A stretch of DNA of 64,000 nucleotides from Bacteroidetes bacterium GWF2_41_31 (GTDB taxonomy: Bacteria > Bacteroidota > Bacteroidia > Bacteroidales > F082): positions 4,219 through 68,218 of the forward strand of contig MEOL01000044.1 of NCBI GenBank assembly GCA_001769215.1. Direction: 5' to 3'. The position numbers and the translations under genes are program-made. The notes under the pieces are model-generated. The model was not told where the DNA came from. It did no database searches and saw nothing but the letters and a program-made list of their open reading frames with translations. Positions 17,713 to 27,633 of this stretch are shown piece after piece (the stretch's first letter is position 1; the number at the start of each line of letters is the position of its first letter).

Positions 17713-18486
17713 CTATGAATTTTTCCATTCGGGTTTTCTTTTTTCCATGAATGAAAGGATGCCTTCATTGGCATCATGCGTTTCCATCAGCTCTTTGATG
17801 AAAACCTTCTCCAGCTTCCTGAGGTTTTTTCTGAACAGTTTATTTAAAATAATCCGGCCCGAACGGACTGAATACCTCAAAGAACTGGCACTTTTGGGAA
17901 GTATGTGTTTTTGAATCCAACCATCAGTTTCCAGAATCAGGGTTTCCTTGTCCTCATAAACATGGTTTAGAAGCCCGATTTTTTCAGCCTCACCGGCATC
18001 AATTGTTTTTCCGGTAATTAACAATTCCTCGGCCCTGGCGCTACCAATTTTTAGTGGCAACAAAATGGAAGCAGGCGGCGGGAACACGCCCAGCATAATC
18101 TCAGGCTGACCGAGTTTTGCAGTGCTATCGGCAAACATGAAATTGCAGATTAAGGCAAGTTCGTGGCCACCACCAAGACATTGGCCCGAAATTTTTGCTA
18201 AAGTCGGAATCGACAAATTGACCAGATTGTAAAACATCCCGTGAAAGCTGTGAAGCATTTCCGCAACCTGGTCTTTGGTATGTTCTTCAACCGATGCCCC
18301 GAAGGAAAAGTGTTTTCCGGCACCTTCAAAAGTAATGATTTTAAGATCCGGCTTTTTCTTAAATTCTTTGAACAGTTGGTTTAATTCCCGCATCATGATG
18401 CTGTCCAAAACATTTCCTTTGCCATCGTTCAGGATGATTTCTGCCACCTGACCATCGTATTTATAATTGAGTTCTACCTTTTGCAT
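17713..18486 (-). CDS. dch: enoyl-CoA hydratase family; candidate cyclohexa-1,5-diene-1-carbonyl-CoA hydratase
   Basis: Crotonase fold of 257 aa with GAGKHFSFGASVEEH. It sits next to oah and had in a bcr cluster. The specific function is inferred from context. Confidence 0.55.
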   Translation of the reverse strand: MQKVELNYKYDGQVAEIILNDGKGNVLDSIMMRELNQLFKEFKKKPDLKIITFEGAGKHFSFGASVEEHTKDQVAEMLHSFHGMFYNLVNLSIPTLAKISGQCLGGGHELALICNFMFADSTAKLGQPEIMLGVFPPPASILLPLKIGSARAEELLITGKTIDAGEAEKIGLLNHVYEDKETLILETDGWIQKHILPKSASSLRYSVRSGRIILNKLFRKNLRKLEKVFIKELMETHDANEGILSFMEKRKPEWKNS

Positions 18487-18551
18487 TTATTTGATATTTA
18501 GTGTATTGAATTGACGGGTAACGAATATTCAATAGTTAATCATTAACTCAT

Positions 18552-19634
18552 TCACCCTTTTACGGGAGAAATTGCCTTTTGCATATCCTCGTCCCAGCCC
18601 ATACCTTTTGCAAGCATTTGCCTTAGTTTAATAAAGTCCACTTCCCGGTTTTCGCGCGGACCATCGTTAAAGGCTTTAAATCCGGCACGGCCTTCAGTCA
18701 TCATGTTTAAGGCCAGCCAATCCCTGTTCGATTCTTTGTTTTTGTCCCAATGTTCGAGTTTTTTCTTTCTGATGGAGTTGATGGTTTTACTCAGGCAATT
18801 GGGCATTAAATACAGGAGTTTTGTGCACATCCTTTCAACGGCAGCGTCCAACAATGATAAATCAATAACTCCTGCTTTAAGCAGTTCTTTTGCATTGGAC
18901 AGTTCTGCTCCTTGTTTTGGTGTTCCGTAAATAATTTCGCCCTGTTGATTAACCCATTGGGTAGTATAGACCATTGGGTTTTGAATAAATTCGCCGTTCA
19001 CCTTTAATGCAGGAACGATTTCCGATAACAGGCCGTATCTTTTTGCTTCATGCGCCGACCAGGGATCGCATACGGTGCAGGAATACATGGCCAACTCAAC
19101 ACCTACAAACAGGTTTAGGAAATCCGTTGAGCCACCATCCGGGGCACTTCCGTGTTTGGGGCCGGCCTGGCCAAAACGCGCTAAATCCTGTGCTATCGAA
19201 AAATCACAGGCCATGCCAATTTCCTGTCCGCCGCCTATCCTCATGCCATTCACCCGGTTTATAACGGGTTTGTCGCTCATTAATATGCCAGAAACCATGT
19301 CGTTAAACAACCTCATATACTGTTTGTACTCTTGTGGGTTTCCGGCGTAATATTCGGCATATTCCTTTGTGTTTCCACCCGTACAAAAGGCTTTGTCGCC
19401 CACGGCAGTAAATACAATGGCTACCACGCTCCGGTCGTTTGACGCTTCCCTGAAAGCAAGGATGACTTCTTTTACGGCCTGTGTAGTATACGAATTGAAT
19501 TGTGCAGGATTGTTTAAAATAATCCAGGCATTAAATAACCCCTCAACCGGCTTGCCTTCTTTATCAAGGCAGGCTCTTTTTTCGAATAGAATTTCCTTGT
19601 ATTCTACTTCAGTTAAATTGTGGTTTACAAGCAT
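18552..19634 (-). CDS. oah: 6-oxocyclohex-1-ene-1-carbonyl-CoA hydrolase (ring-cleaving, BamA/Oah)
   Basis: It contains QFNSYTT and GGGQEIGMACDF, the regions targeted by the widely used bamA marker primers, plus FCTGGNTKEYAEYYAGNPQEY. Confidence 0.85.
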   Translation of the reverse strand: MLVNHNLTEVEYKEILFEKRACLDKEGKPVEGLFNAWIILNNPAQFNSYTTQAVKEVILAFREASNDRSVVAIVFTAVGDKAFCTGGNTKEYAEYYAGNPQEYKQYMRLFNDMVSGILMSDKPVINRVNGMRIGGGQEIGMACDFSIAQDLARFGQAGPKHGSAPDGGSTDFLNLFVGVELAMYSCTVCDPWSAHEAKRYGLLSEIVPALKVNGEFIQNPMVYTTQWVNQQGEIIYGTPKQGAELSNAKELLKAGVIDLSLLDAAVERMCTKLLYLMPNCLSKTINSIRKKKLEHWDKNKESNRDWLALNMMTEGRAGFKAFNDGPRENREVDFIKLRQMLAKGMGWDEDMQKAISPVKG

Positions 19635-19667
19635 CTTTTTATTTTTTATTGATTAATATTCAATTAT

Positions 19668-20729
19668 TTAAAAATCAGGAAATAACACTGACCTGCGGGT
19701 GTATTTATGATCCAACGTATTCATGAAAACCTCGTTTATTTTCGACATGGGGAAAGTCTCGATAAAGGGCCCGATCTTTAGTTTCCCCTGATCGATGAAC
19801 TCCAGCACATCTCCATAGAGTTCAGGTTTGCAGCCCCATGTTCCAATCAATTTAGCGTCAAAAGCCATCAGGTTGCTTAACCTCACCTGTGTTTTGTCCA
19901 TTGTAAAACCAACAATCGACATGGTTGAGGCATAGGTAATTAAGTTAAAACCAAGTTCCTGGCCTTGCGGGGTTCCTGACATTTCAAATATCTTCCACCC
20001 ATATTTTGAAGCACCCAGTTCTTTCGCGATCTCCCTTACTTTTTGTTTTACCTCTCTAACATCCAATCCTTTAACGTTTAATATGGCATCAACACCATGT
20101 TTTTTTGCTAAATCGAGTTTTTCATCGCTGATATCCAACGCGAGTACCCTGGCACCAAGAATTTTAGCTAACAACGATCCATAAATACCAACCCCGCCAA
20201 CGCCTATAACAATCGCGAAGTCACCTATTTGTAATTCCGATTTTTTTAACACCTGATACGGCGTCGTAATGGCATCGGCAACCACAGCCAGTTCAGCGAG
20301 TTTGTATTTGTCGAGGACACTCTCAGGCACATGACATAAGCTCCTGTGGGGCACTTTGATATGTGAAGCAAAGCCTCCATCAAAGTCATTGCCGGGCATC
20401 AGCTGATTTTGACAAATATTTCCCCTGTCGTTTTTGCATAATTCACATTTGCCGCATGGCAGCACGGCTGGGATAATCACTTTTTTATTTATCAGGTGCC
20501 CGGGGCCTGAAAAGATCGTGCCACTAATTTCATGTCCGAGTGTAAGTGGAAGTGAATGTTTTGTTTGAACTCCATAATGCCAAAAACTCAGGTCGGTATG
20601 ACATACCCCGCAGCCAGCGATTTTTACAATTACTTCGTCCTCATTTATCTCAGGAAAATCACTTTCTGTGAGTATAAAATCAGATTTTAACTCTGTCATT
20701 TTCCATGACTTAATCTTATTAGGTTCCAT
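19668..20729 (-). CDS. had: Zn-dependent alcohol dehydrogenase family; candidate 6-hydroxycyclohex-1-ene-1-carbonyl-CoA dehydrogenase
   Basis: GCGVCHTDLSFWHYG zinc-ADH signature and GVGGVG NAD fold. It is adjacent to oah. Confidence 0.7.
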   Translation of the reverse strand: MEPNKIKSWKMTELKSDFILTESDFPEINEDEVIVKIAGCGVCHTDLSFWHYGVQTKHSLPLTLGHEISGTIFSGPGHLINKKVIIPAVLPCGKCELCKNDRGNICQNQLMPGNDFDGGFASHIKVPHRSLCHVPESVLDKYKLAELAVVADAITTPYQVLKKSELQIGDFAIVIGVGGVGIYGSLLAKILGARVLALDISDEKLDLAKKHGVDAILNVKGLDVREVKQKVREIAKELGASKYGWKIFEMSGTPQGQELGFNLITYASTMSIVGFTMDKTQVRLSNLMAFDAKLIGTWGCKPELYGDVLEFIDQGKLKIGPFIETFPMSKINEVFMNTLDHKYTRRSVLFPDF

Positions 20730-20757
20730 ACTTTGTTAATGATTAAATGAGGGATGA

Positions 20758-22020
20758 TTAAATATTTACATTTTCAAACAATACAGCAGTACCTTGTCCG
20801 CCGCCAATACATGCAGAAGCAATTCCATATTTTACTTTGCGGATGTTCATCTCACGCGAAATAGTGAGTGAAAGCCTAAGTCCGGTGGCTCCCAAAGGAT
20901 GGCCCAGGGCGATGGCACCACCATTTACGTTGGCAATGGCCCTGTCGAATCCCAGTTCTTTTTCACAGCCAATAAATTGAGCCGCAAACGCCTCATTGAT
21001 TTCAATAAGGCCGATTTCATCCATCGATAAACCTGTTATTTCGAGCAATAACCTGATAGCGGGAACCGGTCCCAATCCCATTAATTTCGGATCGATGGCG
21101 CTGGTGGCCGAAGCAACTACTTTGGTCAGTACTTTCCTGTTGAGGGAGTTGGCTACCTCTTTGTTCCCAATAACCACCGAGGCAGCGCCATCGACAATGC
21201 CACTGGAATTTCCGGCGGTTTGAACTCCATCTTTGCCAAATACCGGTGGTAATTTGGCGAGTTTTTCCAAATCTGTAGGGCGTATGTTTTCGTCCGTAAT
21301 AAAATGTTCTACTCCCCGGGGTAATCTCACTTTTCGGGGAACCAAACCTTCTGCTTCAAATACCGTTGAGTTGACGGCCATTATTTCATCATCGAAAAAT
21401 CCATTTTCCCTGGCGGCGATAGCGGTATCGAAAGATCTCTTTGCGAAGACATCTACTTCTTCGCGGGTTATATTGTATTTTTTCGCTACATTTTCAGCCG
21501 TAACCCCCATGGGATAACCGGCTGCCGTGTCGTTTAACGATTCCCATAGCATATCTTTAAAGTTCGGTTGCCCAAAGGCATATCCCATCCTGTTTCCAAA
21601 ACTTACCGTAGGGGATTGGCTCATGCTTTCGGTACCTGCGCACAGCACGGTAGCTGCTTTTCCTAAAATAATTTGTTCAGCGCCCGTGACGATGGTTTCA
21701 AAGCCGGAACCACAAATCCTTTGCACCATGAGTGAAGGAATGGTTTGTGGAATGCCCGAGAACAACGAAATATGGCGGGGTAAAAAGTAAGTGTCAGCCG
21801 AACTTTGTCCAATGTTGGCGATGATGACCTGATCGATATTTTGCGGGTTTACAGATGATTTTTCAAGAGCCGATTTCGCGGCAAATATCCCTAAGTCGGT
21901 GGGAGATACAGAACCCAACGTTCCACTAAGTTTGCCAAAGGGAGTCCTGGCTCCGCCGATTAAAAAAATATCATCATAGATGATAGCTATTCCTTTTACT
22001 TTGTCATGGATTGATTTCAT
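20758..22020 (-). CDS. acetyl-CoA C-acyltransferase (thiolase)
   Basis: Thiolase active-site contexts QRICGSGFE and GIASACIGGGQG. The ATG at 22020 overlaps the upstream stop (ATGA). Confidence 0.85.
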   Translation of the reverse strand: MKSIHDKVKGIAIIYDDIFLIGGARTPFGKLSGTLGSVSPTDLGIFAAKSALEKSSVNPQNIDQVIIANIGQSSADTYFLPRHISLFSGIPQTIPSLMVQRICGSGFETIVTGAEQIILGKAATVLCAGTESMSQSPTVSFGNRMGYAFGQPNFKDMLWESLNDTAAGYPMGVTAENVAKKYNITREEVDVFAKRSFDTAIAARENGFFDDEIMAVNSTVFEAEGLVPRKVRLPRGVEHFITDENIRPTDLEKLAKLPPVFGKDGVQTAGNSSGIVDGAASVVIGNKEVANSLNRKVLTKVVASATSAIDPKLMGLGPVPAIRLLLEITGLSMDEIGLIEINEAFAAQFIGCEKELGFDRAIANVNGGAIALGHPLGATGLRLSLTISREMNIRKVKYGIASACIGGGQGTAVLFENVNI

Positions 22021-22799
22021 GGTTCTGGATTTAAATGATTGACAAATGACTTTTGGGCTATACATGCTGCACCAAAAGCGTTGATTAATTGCGGGTTTTC
22101 AGGAATGGTTACCCGAACATTGAATTTCTCCCCGATGATGTTTTGTAGGTAAGGGTGATATTGAGCAACTCCCCCGATCAGATAAACAGGTAGTGAATTG
22201 TCTGTCGGGATTTTTTGTATTCTGTTGGCAATTGAAATATAGATTCCCTTGGCCAGGTCTTCATCTGATGTATCGTCGAAAATCCATTTCATGATTTCGG
22301 TTTTTGCAAACACCGTACAAAAACTGTTTAACTCTTTGTCGGAAGTTGATTTGGCAGCAAGCCGGCTCATATCAAGAACATCCAATTCGGCCCTTTCGGC
22401 CACTTCGGTTATAAACGCTCCCGTGCCCGCGGCACATTTGCTGTTCATGTAAAAGTCAATGACTTTACCGTTTTTATCGCTTTTTAAAAGTTTAATATCC
22501 TCTCCACCAATATCAATAATGGTTTTATCAATTGGATTGAGTTGTGTGACCCCGGCAGAAGCGCAGTACAGTTCAGTTTTAATTAAATCAGCAGATTTCA
22601 GTAGTTTTCTCCCATAACCGGTTGAACAAGTGTATTCAACTTTAAATTGATTTATCACCTGGTCGATCACATCATCCCTTTTGTTGTTTCGGGCCATGGT
22701 TTTGAAAATATCGCTGTGTACAATACCACAATTGGAATTGATCACAACCAATTTTGTGTAAAGTGACCCGATATCAACACCTAAGAAAAACTTCTGCAT
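22017..22799 (-). CDS. BcrA/BcrD/HgdC-type ATPase (acyl-CoA dehydratase/reductase activase)
   Basis: GVDIGSLYTKLVVI and CAAGTGAFI (ASKHA fold with a cluster-bridging Cys). 260 aa. Confidence 0.8.
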   Translation of the reverse strand: MQKFFLGVDIGSLYTKLVVINSNCGIVHSDIFKTMARNNKRDDVIDQVINQFKVEYTCSTGYGRKLLKSADLIKTELYCASAGVTQLNPIDKTIIDIGGEDIKLLKSDKNGKVIDFYMNSKCAAGTGAFITEVAERAELDVLDMSRLAAKSTSDKELNSFCTVFAKTEIMKWIFDDTSDEDLAKGIYISIANRIQKIPTDNSLPVYLIGGVAQYHPYLQNIIGEKFNVRVTIPENPQLINAFGAACIAQKSFVNHLNPEP

Positions 22800-22807
22800 G
22801 GTTTTTA

Positions 22808-23791
22808 TTAATCTAAAAAAGCATCTTTTGCATGGCTTTCAATATAATTCTTCTGAGTAATGGCCTTTACCAAGTTAGTGAAAACTAAGTTTATAGGAGT
22901 TTTAATGTAGTGTTTCCTACCATAATCAACAAATTTTCCGTTCATGTAATCTATTTCTGTTTCTCTTTTGTTGATGAGGTCGACGGCCAGTGAAGGGAAG
23001 TGGTTTCCGGCTTTTTTCAGGTAACGAATACAGAGTTTAATAAAATTTTGTTCGAATACAATATCCTCTGCTTTAGCCACCTCCATAGCCTCGGCTATTA
23101 TTTGTTCAACTATTTCAAGAGTATCCGGATTCGCCATGGCTTCCTTCATCGTATGAGCCGAAATGGCACACAAAGGGCTTAGGGCCGCGTTTAAAATAGT
23201 TTTAATCCACGCTTGTTCTACCACTTTGAATGAGTTGACACTGGTGGTTTGCAAATCCTGCGAAGTCAGGATATCGGCTATTAAATTCGCGAGTTCACTC
23301 TGACTGTCGTCGATGGAGCCCACATAGTTTGGCGGATTAAAAAATGTTACATTAACCACATTTGGGGCATTCAGGTTTCCGGCAAAATTTACGATCATTC
23401 TAAAAATCCGGGAATCGTCAAAATGACTTTGATATTTTATTCTGATGTCAATCCCGTTTTGTGCAATCAATAATTTAAGTCCGTTGTGATTTGATGCATC
23501 AATTTGATTTAAAACGGAATCTACATGATATGCTTTTACCGAACTAATCAACAGGTCAAATTTGTGCTCCATCAGTTCGGGAATTGATGAATAGATGTGT
23601 TTTAAGTAGGCAGTCTTGGTGATGGCCCCGACCAGTTCTATCCCTTCTTCTTTAATTAAATTGAGTTTTCTTTTGTCGACATCGCAAACGGCCACTTCAC
23701 AGCCTGCCTGTTTAAAGTGAACGGCCAAAATCAAGCCTACAGGTCCCAGGCCAATAATTCCTACTTTAAAGTCTTCTGGTTTCATATTCAA
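22808..23791 (-). CDS. ketopantoate reductase (ApbA/PanE) family NAD(P)-dependent oxidoreductase
   Basis: GIIGLGPVGL Rossmann start. C-terminal PSLAVDLINKRETEIDYMNG is typical of the KPR family. Confidence 0.75.
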   Translation of the reverse strand: MNMKPEDFKVGIIGLGPVGLILAVHFKQAGCEVAVCDVDKRKLNLIKEEGIELVGAITKTAYLKHIYSSIPELMEHKFDLLISSVKAYHVDSVLNQIDASNHNGLKLLIAQNGIDIRIKYQSHFDDSRIFRMIVNFAGNLNAPNVVNVTFFNPPNYVGSIDDSQSELANLIADILTSQDLQTTSVNSFKVVEQAWIKTILNAALSPLCAISAHTMKEAMANPDTLEIVEQIIAEAMEVAKAEDIVFEQNFIKLCIRYLKKAGNHFPSLAVDLINKRETEIDYMNGKFVDYGRKHYIKTPINLVFTNLVKAITQKNYIESHAKDAFLD

Positions 23792-23802
23792 GTCTATTTA
23801 AA

Positions 23803-25005
23803 TTACGAAGATATTTGTTCGAGTAACGTTTCGATTTTAATGGTGGATTGCTCTTCGGAGAAAAACCTTAAATCACACAAGTCTCCCTCTATAATCAATG
23901 TTTCAACACCTGTTTCTTCTTTCAATTTGGCAGGCATCCCAAATCTTGAATTTGAATTATTGAAGCATGTTTTAGCTTCATGAAAAATAACCCCGGTAAT
24001 CCTAAAATCATTTATCAGATCTTTAAGTATTGCCAATTTGGCCCGTTCGCTTCGGTTGATAAAAATTTTGGTATAGGCAAGTGCCGAGGATTCAAAAGGC
24101 GTTCGTTCGTCGAAATCGTCAAAAATCCAGCTGTTGCAATAGGTAGATGCCACCACTGCCGAATGGTGATGCGTGAAAAGATCTGATAAAAACCGGAGCC
24201 TGCCCCAAATAGGCATTCCTTCCCAATATATCCTGCTTGTTTCTTTGGGTAAAAAGCCCACTTTATTCTTAACGTTCACTTCAAGTTCATCCGACAGCAC
24301 TTTATAATAAGCTTTCGCGGTTTCTGTTCCTCTTAAAACAACTATGGGGCCCATGTGAATGGTAGCATCAAAAAAACTAATGGGTGCCGGGGTATGGATG
24401 GAGGTTTCGAGTGTTTTTTTCCATAAAAGGGTGGCCTCTTTACTGAGCCGAAGTGTTTCACGAAACTGGTCGATATCAAATTTATTACCGCTAACACGTT
24501 CACATTCGGGTATTAAAGATTTAAACTGACTCGATACATTGTCAATATCGGCTTGTTTTACCTCATCCATGTGCCTGGGAGGTACAATTCCCAGGATTGG
24601 ACATTTGTACTGATCGGCAAAGTAACTAAACCAGTCCTGGACTTCTCGGCACTGATTGGTGTTGTATACTATTAAATCAGGAATGGGTTGGGCATCCAAA
24701 CCATAATGTTTTGTTAATGGAGTTGATTTTTGAATGTGCGATCCGATGTCGGAAGTGAGGTATGAACAAATGTCGGAAGGATAACCGATTTTTGACGCAA
24801 CCGGGATATAGTCCATTGCTTTTCGGGTAGCTCCCAGCAGGGCCCCGTGGTTTTCAGGAAAATAAACTTCAAACCCAAAAGAACGTAACAACTCCGCCGG
24901 CCCAACGCTGGTGCACCAGACAAGGGGTTTGGATCTGGATTTCAAATCCCGGAAATAATTGTTCATTACCTCTTTAAGTAAGGCGGATGCTGCTATTTCA
25001 TACAT
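23803..25005 (-). CDS. single-subunit benzoyl-CoA reductase / 2-hydroxyacyl-CoA dehydratase family protein (double-cubane-cluster-protein-like)
   Basis: Family-typical N-terminus (PLVWCTSVGPAELLRSFGFEVYFPENH) and many conserved-looking Cys. 400 aa, with no partner subunit gene adjacent. Confidence 0.65.
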   Translation of the reverse strand: MYEIAASALLKEVMNNYFRDLKSRSKPLVWCTSVGPAELLRSFGFEVYFPENHGALLGATRKAMDYIPVASKIGYPSDICSYLTSDIGSHIQKSTPLTKHYGLDAQPIPDLIVYNTNQCREVQDWFSYFADQYKCPILGIVPPRHMDEVKQADIDNVSSQFKSLIPECERVSGNKFDIDQFRETLRLSKEATLLWKKTLETSIHTPAPISFFDATIHMGPIVVLRGTETAKAYYKVLSDELEVNVKNKVGFLPKETSRIYWEGMPIWGRLRFLSDLFTHHHSAVVASTYCNSWIFDDFDERTPFESSALAYTKIFINRSERAKLAILKDLINDFRITGVIFHEAKTCFNNSNSRFGMPAKLKEETGVETLIIEGDLCDLRFFSEEQSTIKIETLLEQISS

Positions 25006-25009
25006 TTAT

Positions 25010-26740
25010 TTAGTATTGGTCAACCAATGGTATCATATAATATTCTTCTTCTATTTCTTTATCTTCTCCATAAATCCTCTGTATATGAGCTTTAAAAACC
25101 TCTTTTACACTGTTGGGCATCATTTTCATGGAGGCGGTAAGGGTCTTATCTTCTACACTTAAATCTCCGTTGATCAGCATGGCGCTGTTGATACGGGCAA
25201 ATTTTTCAACAATTTCGCCATTGACTTTTAATAAACATTTATTTAGGCAAAATGCAAGATCCTGCATGTTATGGGGGCATGCGCAGTTTTCAATAGAAAT
25301 GTTGTTGCCGTTACCCGAGGAATTTAAGAGTGTTTTATTTGGAAATAATAAGGCTACAGGAAATTGCCGGCCACTGCCTTCAACCAAAACATAAGATAGA
25401 AATGAGCATCTGCCAAGTATGAGTTTCTCGAGATCGGATGGGATTACTTTCTCGGCGTTTAACAGCTTAAAAATCCTGTCTTTTCTGGCGATAAGTTTTA
25501 ATCCTGTTTCGGTAAACTCGCCAACGTCGCCCGTGCAAAACCATCCGTCGGCAGAAAAAGCTTTGGCGTTGGCTTCGTCATTTTTATAATAGCCTTTCAT
25601 TACGTTGGGGCCGAGTATGTGTATTTCATTGTCTTCTGCCAGCCTTATTTTCACTCCGGGAATCGGCTTGCCGACAACACCGGAGACCCTTTTTACAGTT
25701 GGATCGGTAAGTGTACAACAGGGGGTTGTTTCGGTGAGTCCCCATCCTTCTATAACCCGCACTCCTCTTTTTTCAAATTCATCAGAAATATTTTTTGGCA
25801 ATGGTGCGGCTGCAGTGAAAACAAATTTTAAGTCAGAATGGAAAAATAATTCTTCCGCTTCTTTACTCTCTTTAGCCAGGGTGTAGAGTGATTGATAAAC
25901 CATGGGGACACTAAAAAAGATCGTAGGTTTGACCAATTTCCAGTTTTCCAAAATTTCCAGTGCATCAATACCGTAGCTCGATTCAAGATACATTTCGGCT
26001 CCATTGTGAATGGCTGTTATTTTCTCGAAGATTCCGCCAAAACTGTGGTGCCAGGGTAAATAGCTGAGAAATCTGTCGTGCTCGTTCACATCCCACAGAG
26101 TATCCAGGGCGGCTTGCTGCGACAAGATATTCTTGTGCGTAAGTTGCACGCATTTTTGTTCGCCCATAGTGCCTGAGGTGTACATATTTAAGCAAACCTC
26201 TTCGGGATCTGCTTCAAAATCCAAGCTAAAGCTGCCAAAATCAACGGGGGCAATAAGTTCTTTAAATGGAATAATTTCGGGGAAACTGTCGTGTTTAATC
26301 TCGTCAAACGAAAAAATCTTTGTAAAGTTTAAATTGGGGTTAATTCTTTCGATTTGAACATCCCCACCTACAAAAATATATTTTGAATCGGAATGTTGAA
26401 AGAGTTTGGTAACTACTTCTTCTTTTAAGTTGTGAAAAATGGGAACAATGATGCCTCCCGAGGCCTGGATTGCAAATTCAGTTTGGAGCATTTCGACCCG
26501 GTTTTTCGAAAAGATGAGAACCTTTTCACCTTTTAAGAATCCTGATTTTTGCAGGTTAAAAGCGATTCGCTTAATATTTGTATAAAATTCCGGCCATTTA
26601 ATTCCTTCATAAACATGGTTGTGCTTTTGTTTGAAAACATATCTTGTACTGAATTTTTTTACATTCGTCCTCAGCATTTGCGCCATATTTGGAGTCATTG
26701 TGCCTAATTCATGTTCCGATTCAAGAATGGTTTTACGCAT
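25010..26740 (-). CDS. AMP-dependent acyl-CoA synthetase/ligase
   Basis: AMP-binding motif YTSGTMGEQKCV, later GWFCTGD. 576 aa, so more like long-chain acyl-CoA ligases than canonical benzoate-CoA ligase. Substrate unknown. Confidence 0.8.
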   Translation of the reverse strand: MRKTILESEHELGTMTPNMAQMLRTNVKKFSTRYVFKQKHNHVYEGIKWPEFYTNIKRIAFNLQKSGFLKGEKVLIFSKNRVEMLQTEFAIQASGGIIVPIFHNLKEEVVTKLFQHSDSKYIFVGGDVQIERINPNLNFTKIFSFDEIKHDSFPEIIPFKELIAPVDFGSFSLDFEADPEEVCLNMYTSGTMGEQKCVQLTHKNILSQQAALDTLWDVNEHDRFLSYLPWHHSFGGIFEKITAIHNGAEMYLESSYGIDALEILENWKLVKPTIFFSVPMVYQSLYTLAKESKEAEELFFHSDLKFVFTAAAPLPKNISDEFEKRGVRVIEGWGLTETTPCCTLTDPTVKRVSGVVGKPIPGVKIRLAEDNEIHILGPNVMKGYYKNDEANAKAFSADGWFCTGDVGEFTETGLKLIARKDRIFKLLNAEKVIPSDLEKLILGRCSFLSYVLVEGSGRQFPVALLFPNKTLLNSSGNGNNISIENCACPHNMQDLAFCLNKCLLKVNGEIVEKFARINSAMLINGDLSVEDKTLTASMKMMPNSVKEVFKAHIQRIYGEDKEIEEEYYMIPLVDQY

Positions 26741-26772
26741 AATTCAAAGTAATTATATGAGGACAAACAGTT

Positions 26773-27618
26773 TCACTTTTCCGCCATCGCTTTTAATTTG
26801 AGTTTATTGTGCCTGAACCCGCCCCAAATGGCAGCTCCAATGGCACCTGCAAAAATGGAGTCGTCGAAAGCCACAATGTTTTCGGGATTCATGTTTGCTT
26901 TTTCGGCCAATTCTTTAACGGTTTGAACCATCCCGGTGTTAGAGGCCATACCTCCTGTTAATACGATGGTTCCGTTGGCATTTAAAGAATTAAGCAGCTT
27001 GATCACCCTGTTCGAGATGGAGATATGGATCCCTTTCACTATATCAGGTGTTGAGATTCCCCTTGAAACCATATTGATTACATCCGTTTCGGCCAGTACG
27101 GCACATATTCCTGATGGCGTTTCGGGATGGGTCGATTTTAACGACATATCGCCTACTTCGCTAATTGCCAGCCCTAAGTACCTGGAAATATTTTCGATAA
27201 ATTGTCCCGAACCGCTGGCACACTGACCTGTCATTTTGTAGTCCATGACTTTGCCTTGGTGGTCAATCTTTATCGCTTTAACATATAAAGCGCCCATGTC
27301 GACTACGTAGTCTGCTGTCGGGTATAAGTACAGTGCGCCCCGGGCATGGGTGGTCATGCTGTAAAAGTGGCCTTTTTTTCGGGCAACCATTTCCCCTTCG
27401 CCGGTAGAGGCCAGGTAAGCAATGTGCTCGTGCGTTAATTTATTTTTTTCCAGCAGGTAGTTTATCGATTCTTCTGCAACGGTGGCCGGATTTCGTTTTC
27501 TGATTTTTTCAATGTGTTTATCCAGAATTTGGATCGCAGTATCAGAATAATTCATGAGTACGGTTTTAATGTAGCTACTTCCTACATCAATTCCCATCGT
27601 ATAAATACTTTCGTTCAT
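26773..27618 (-). CDS. bcrD: benzoyl-CoA reductase ATPase subunit delta (BcrD/BadG-like)
   Basis: MGIDVGSSYIK and CASGSGQFIE. At 281 aa it is the last gene of a C-B-A-D ordered set. Confidence 0.75.
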   Translation of the reverse strand: MNESIYTMGIDVGSSYIKTVLMNYSDTAIQILDKHIEKIRKRNPATVAEESINYLLEKNKLTHEHIAYLASTGEGEMVARKKGHFYSMTTHARGALYLYPTADYVVDMGALYVKAIKIDHQGKVMDYKMTGQCASGSGQFIENISRYLGLAISEVGDMSLKSTHPETPSGICAVLAETDVINMVSRGISTPDIVKGIHISISNRVIKLLNSLNANGTIVLTGGMASNTGMVQTVKELAEKANMNPENIVAFDDSIFAGAIGAAIWGGFRHNKLKLKAMAEK

Positions 27619-27633
27619 ATTAAAGAAATTTAT

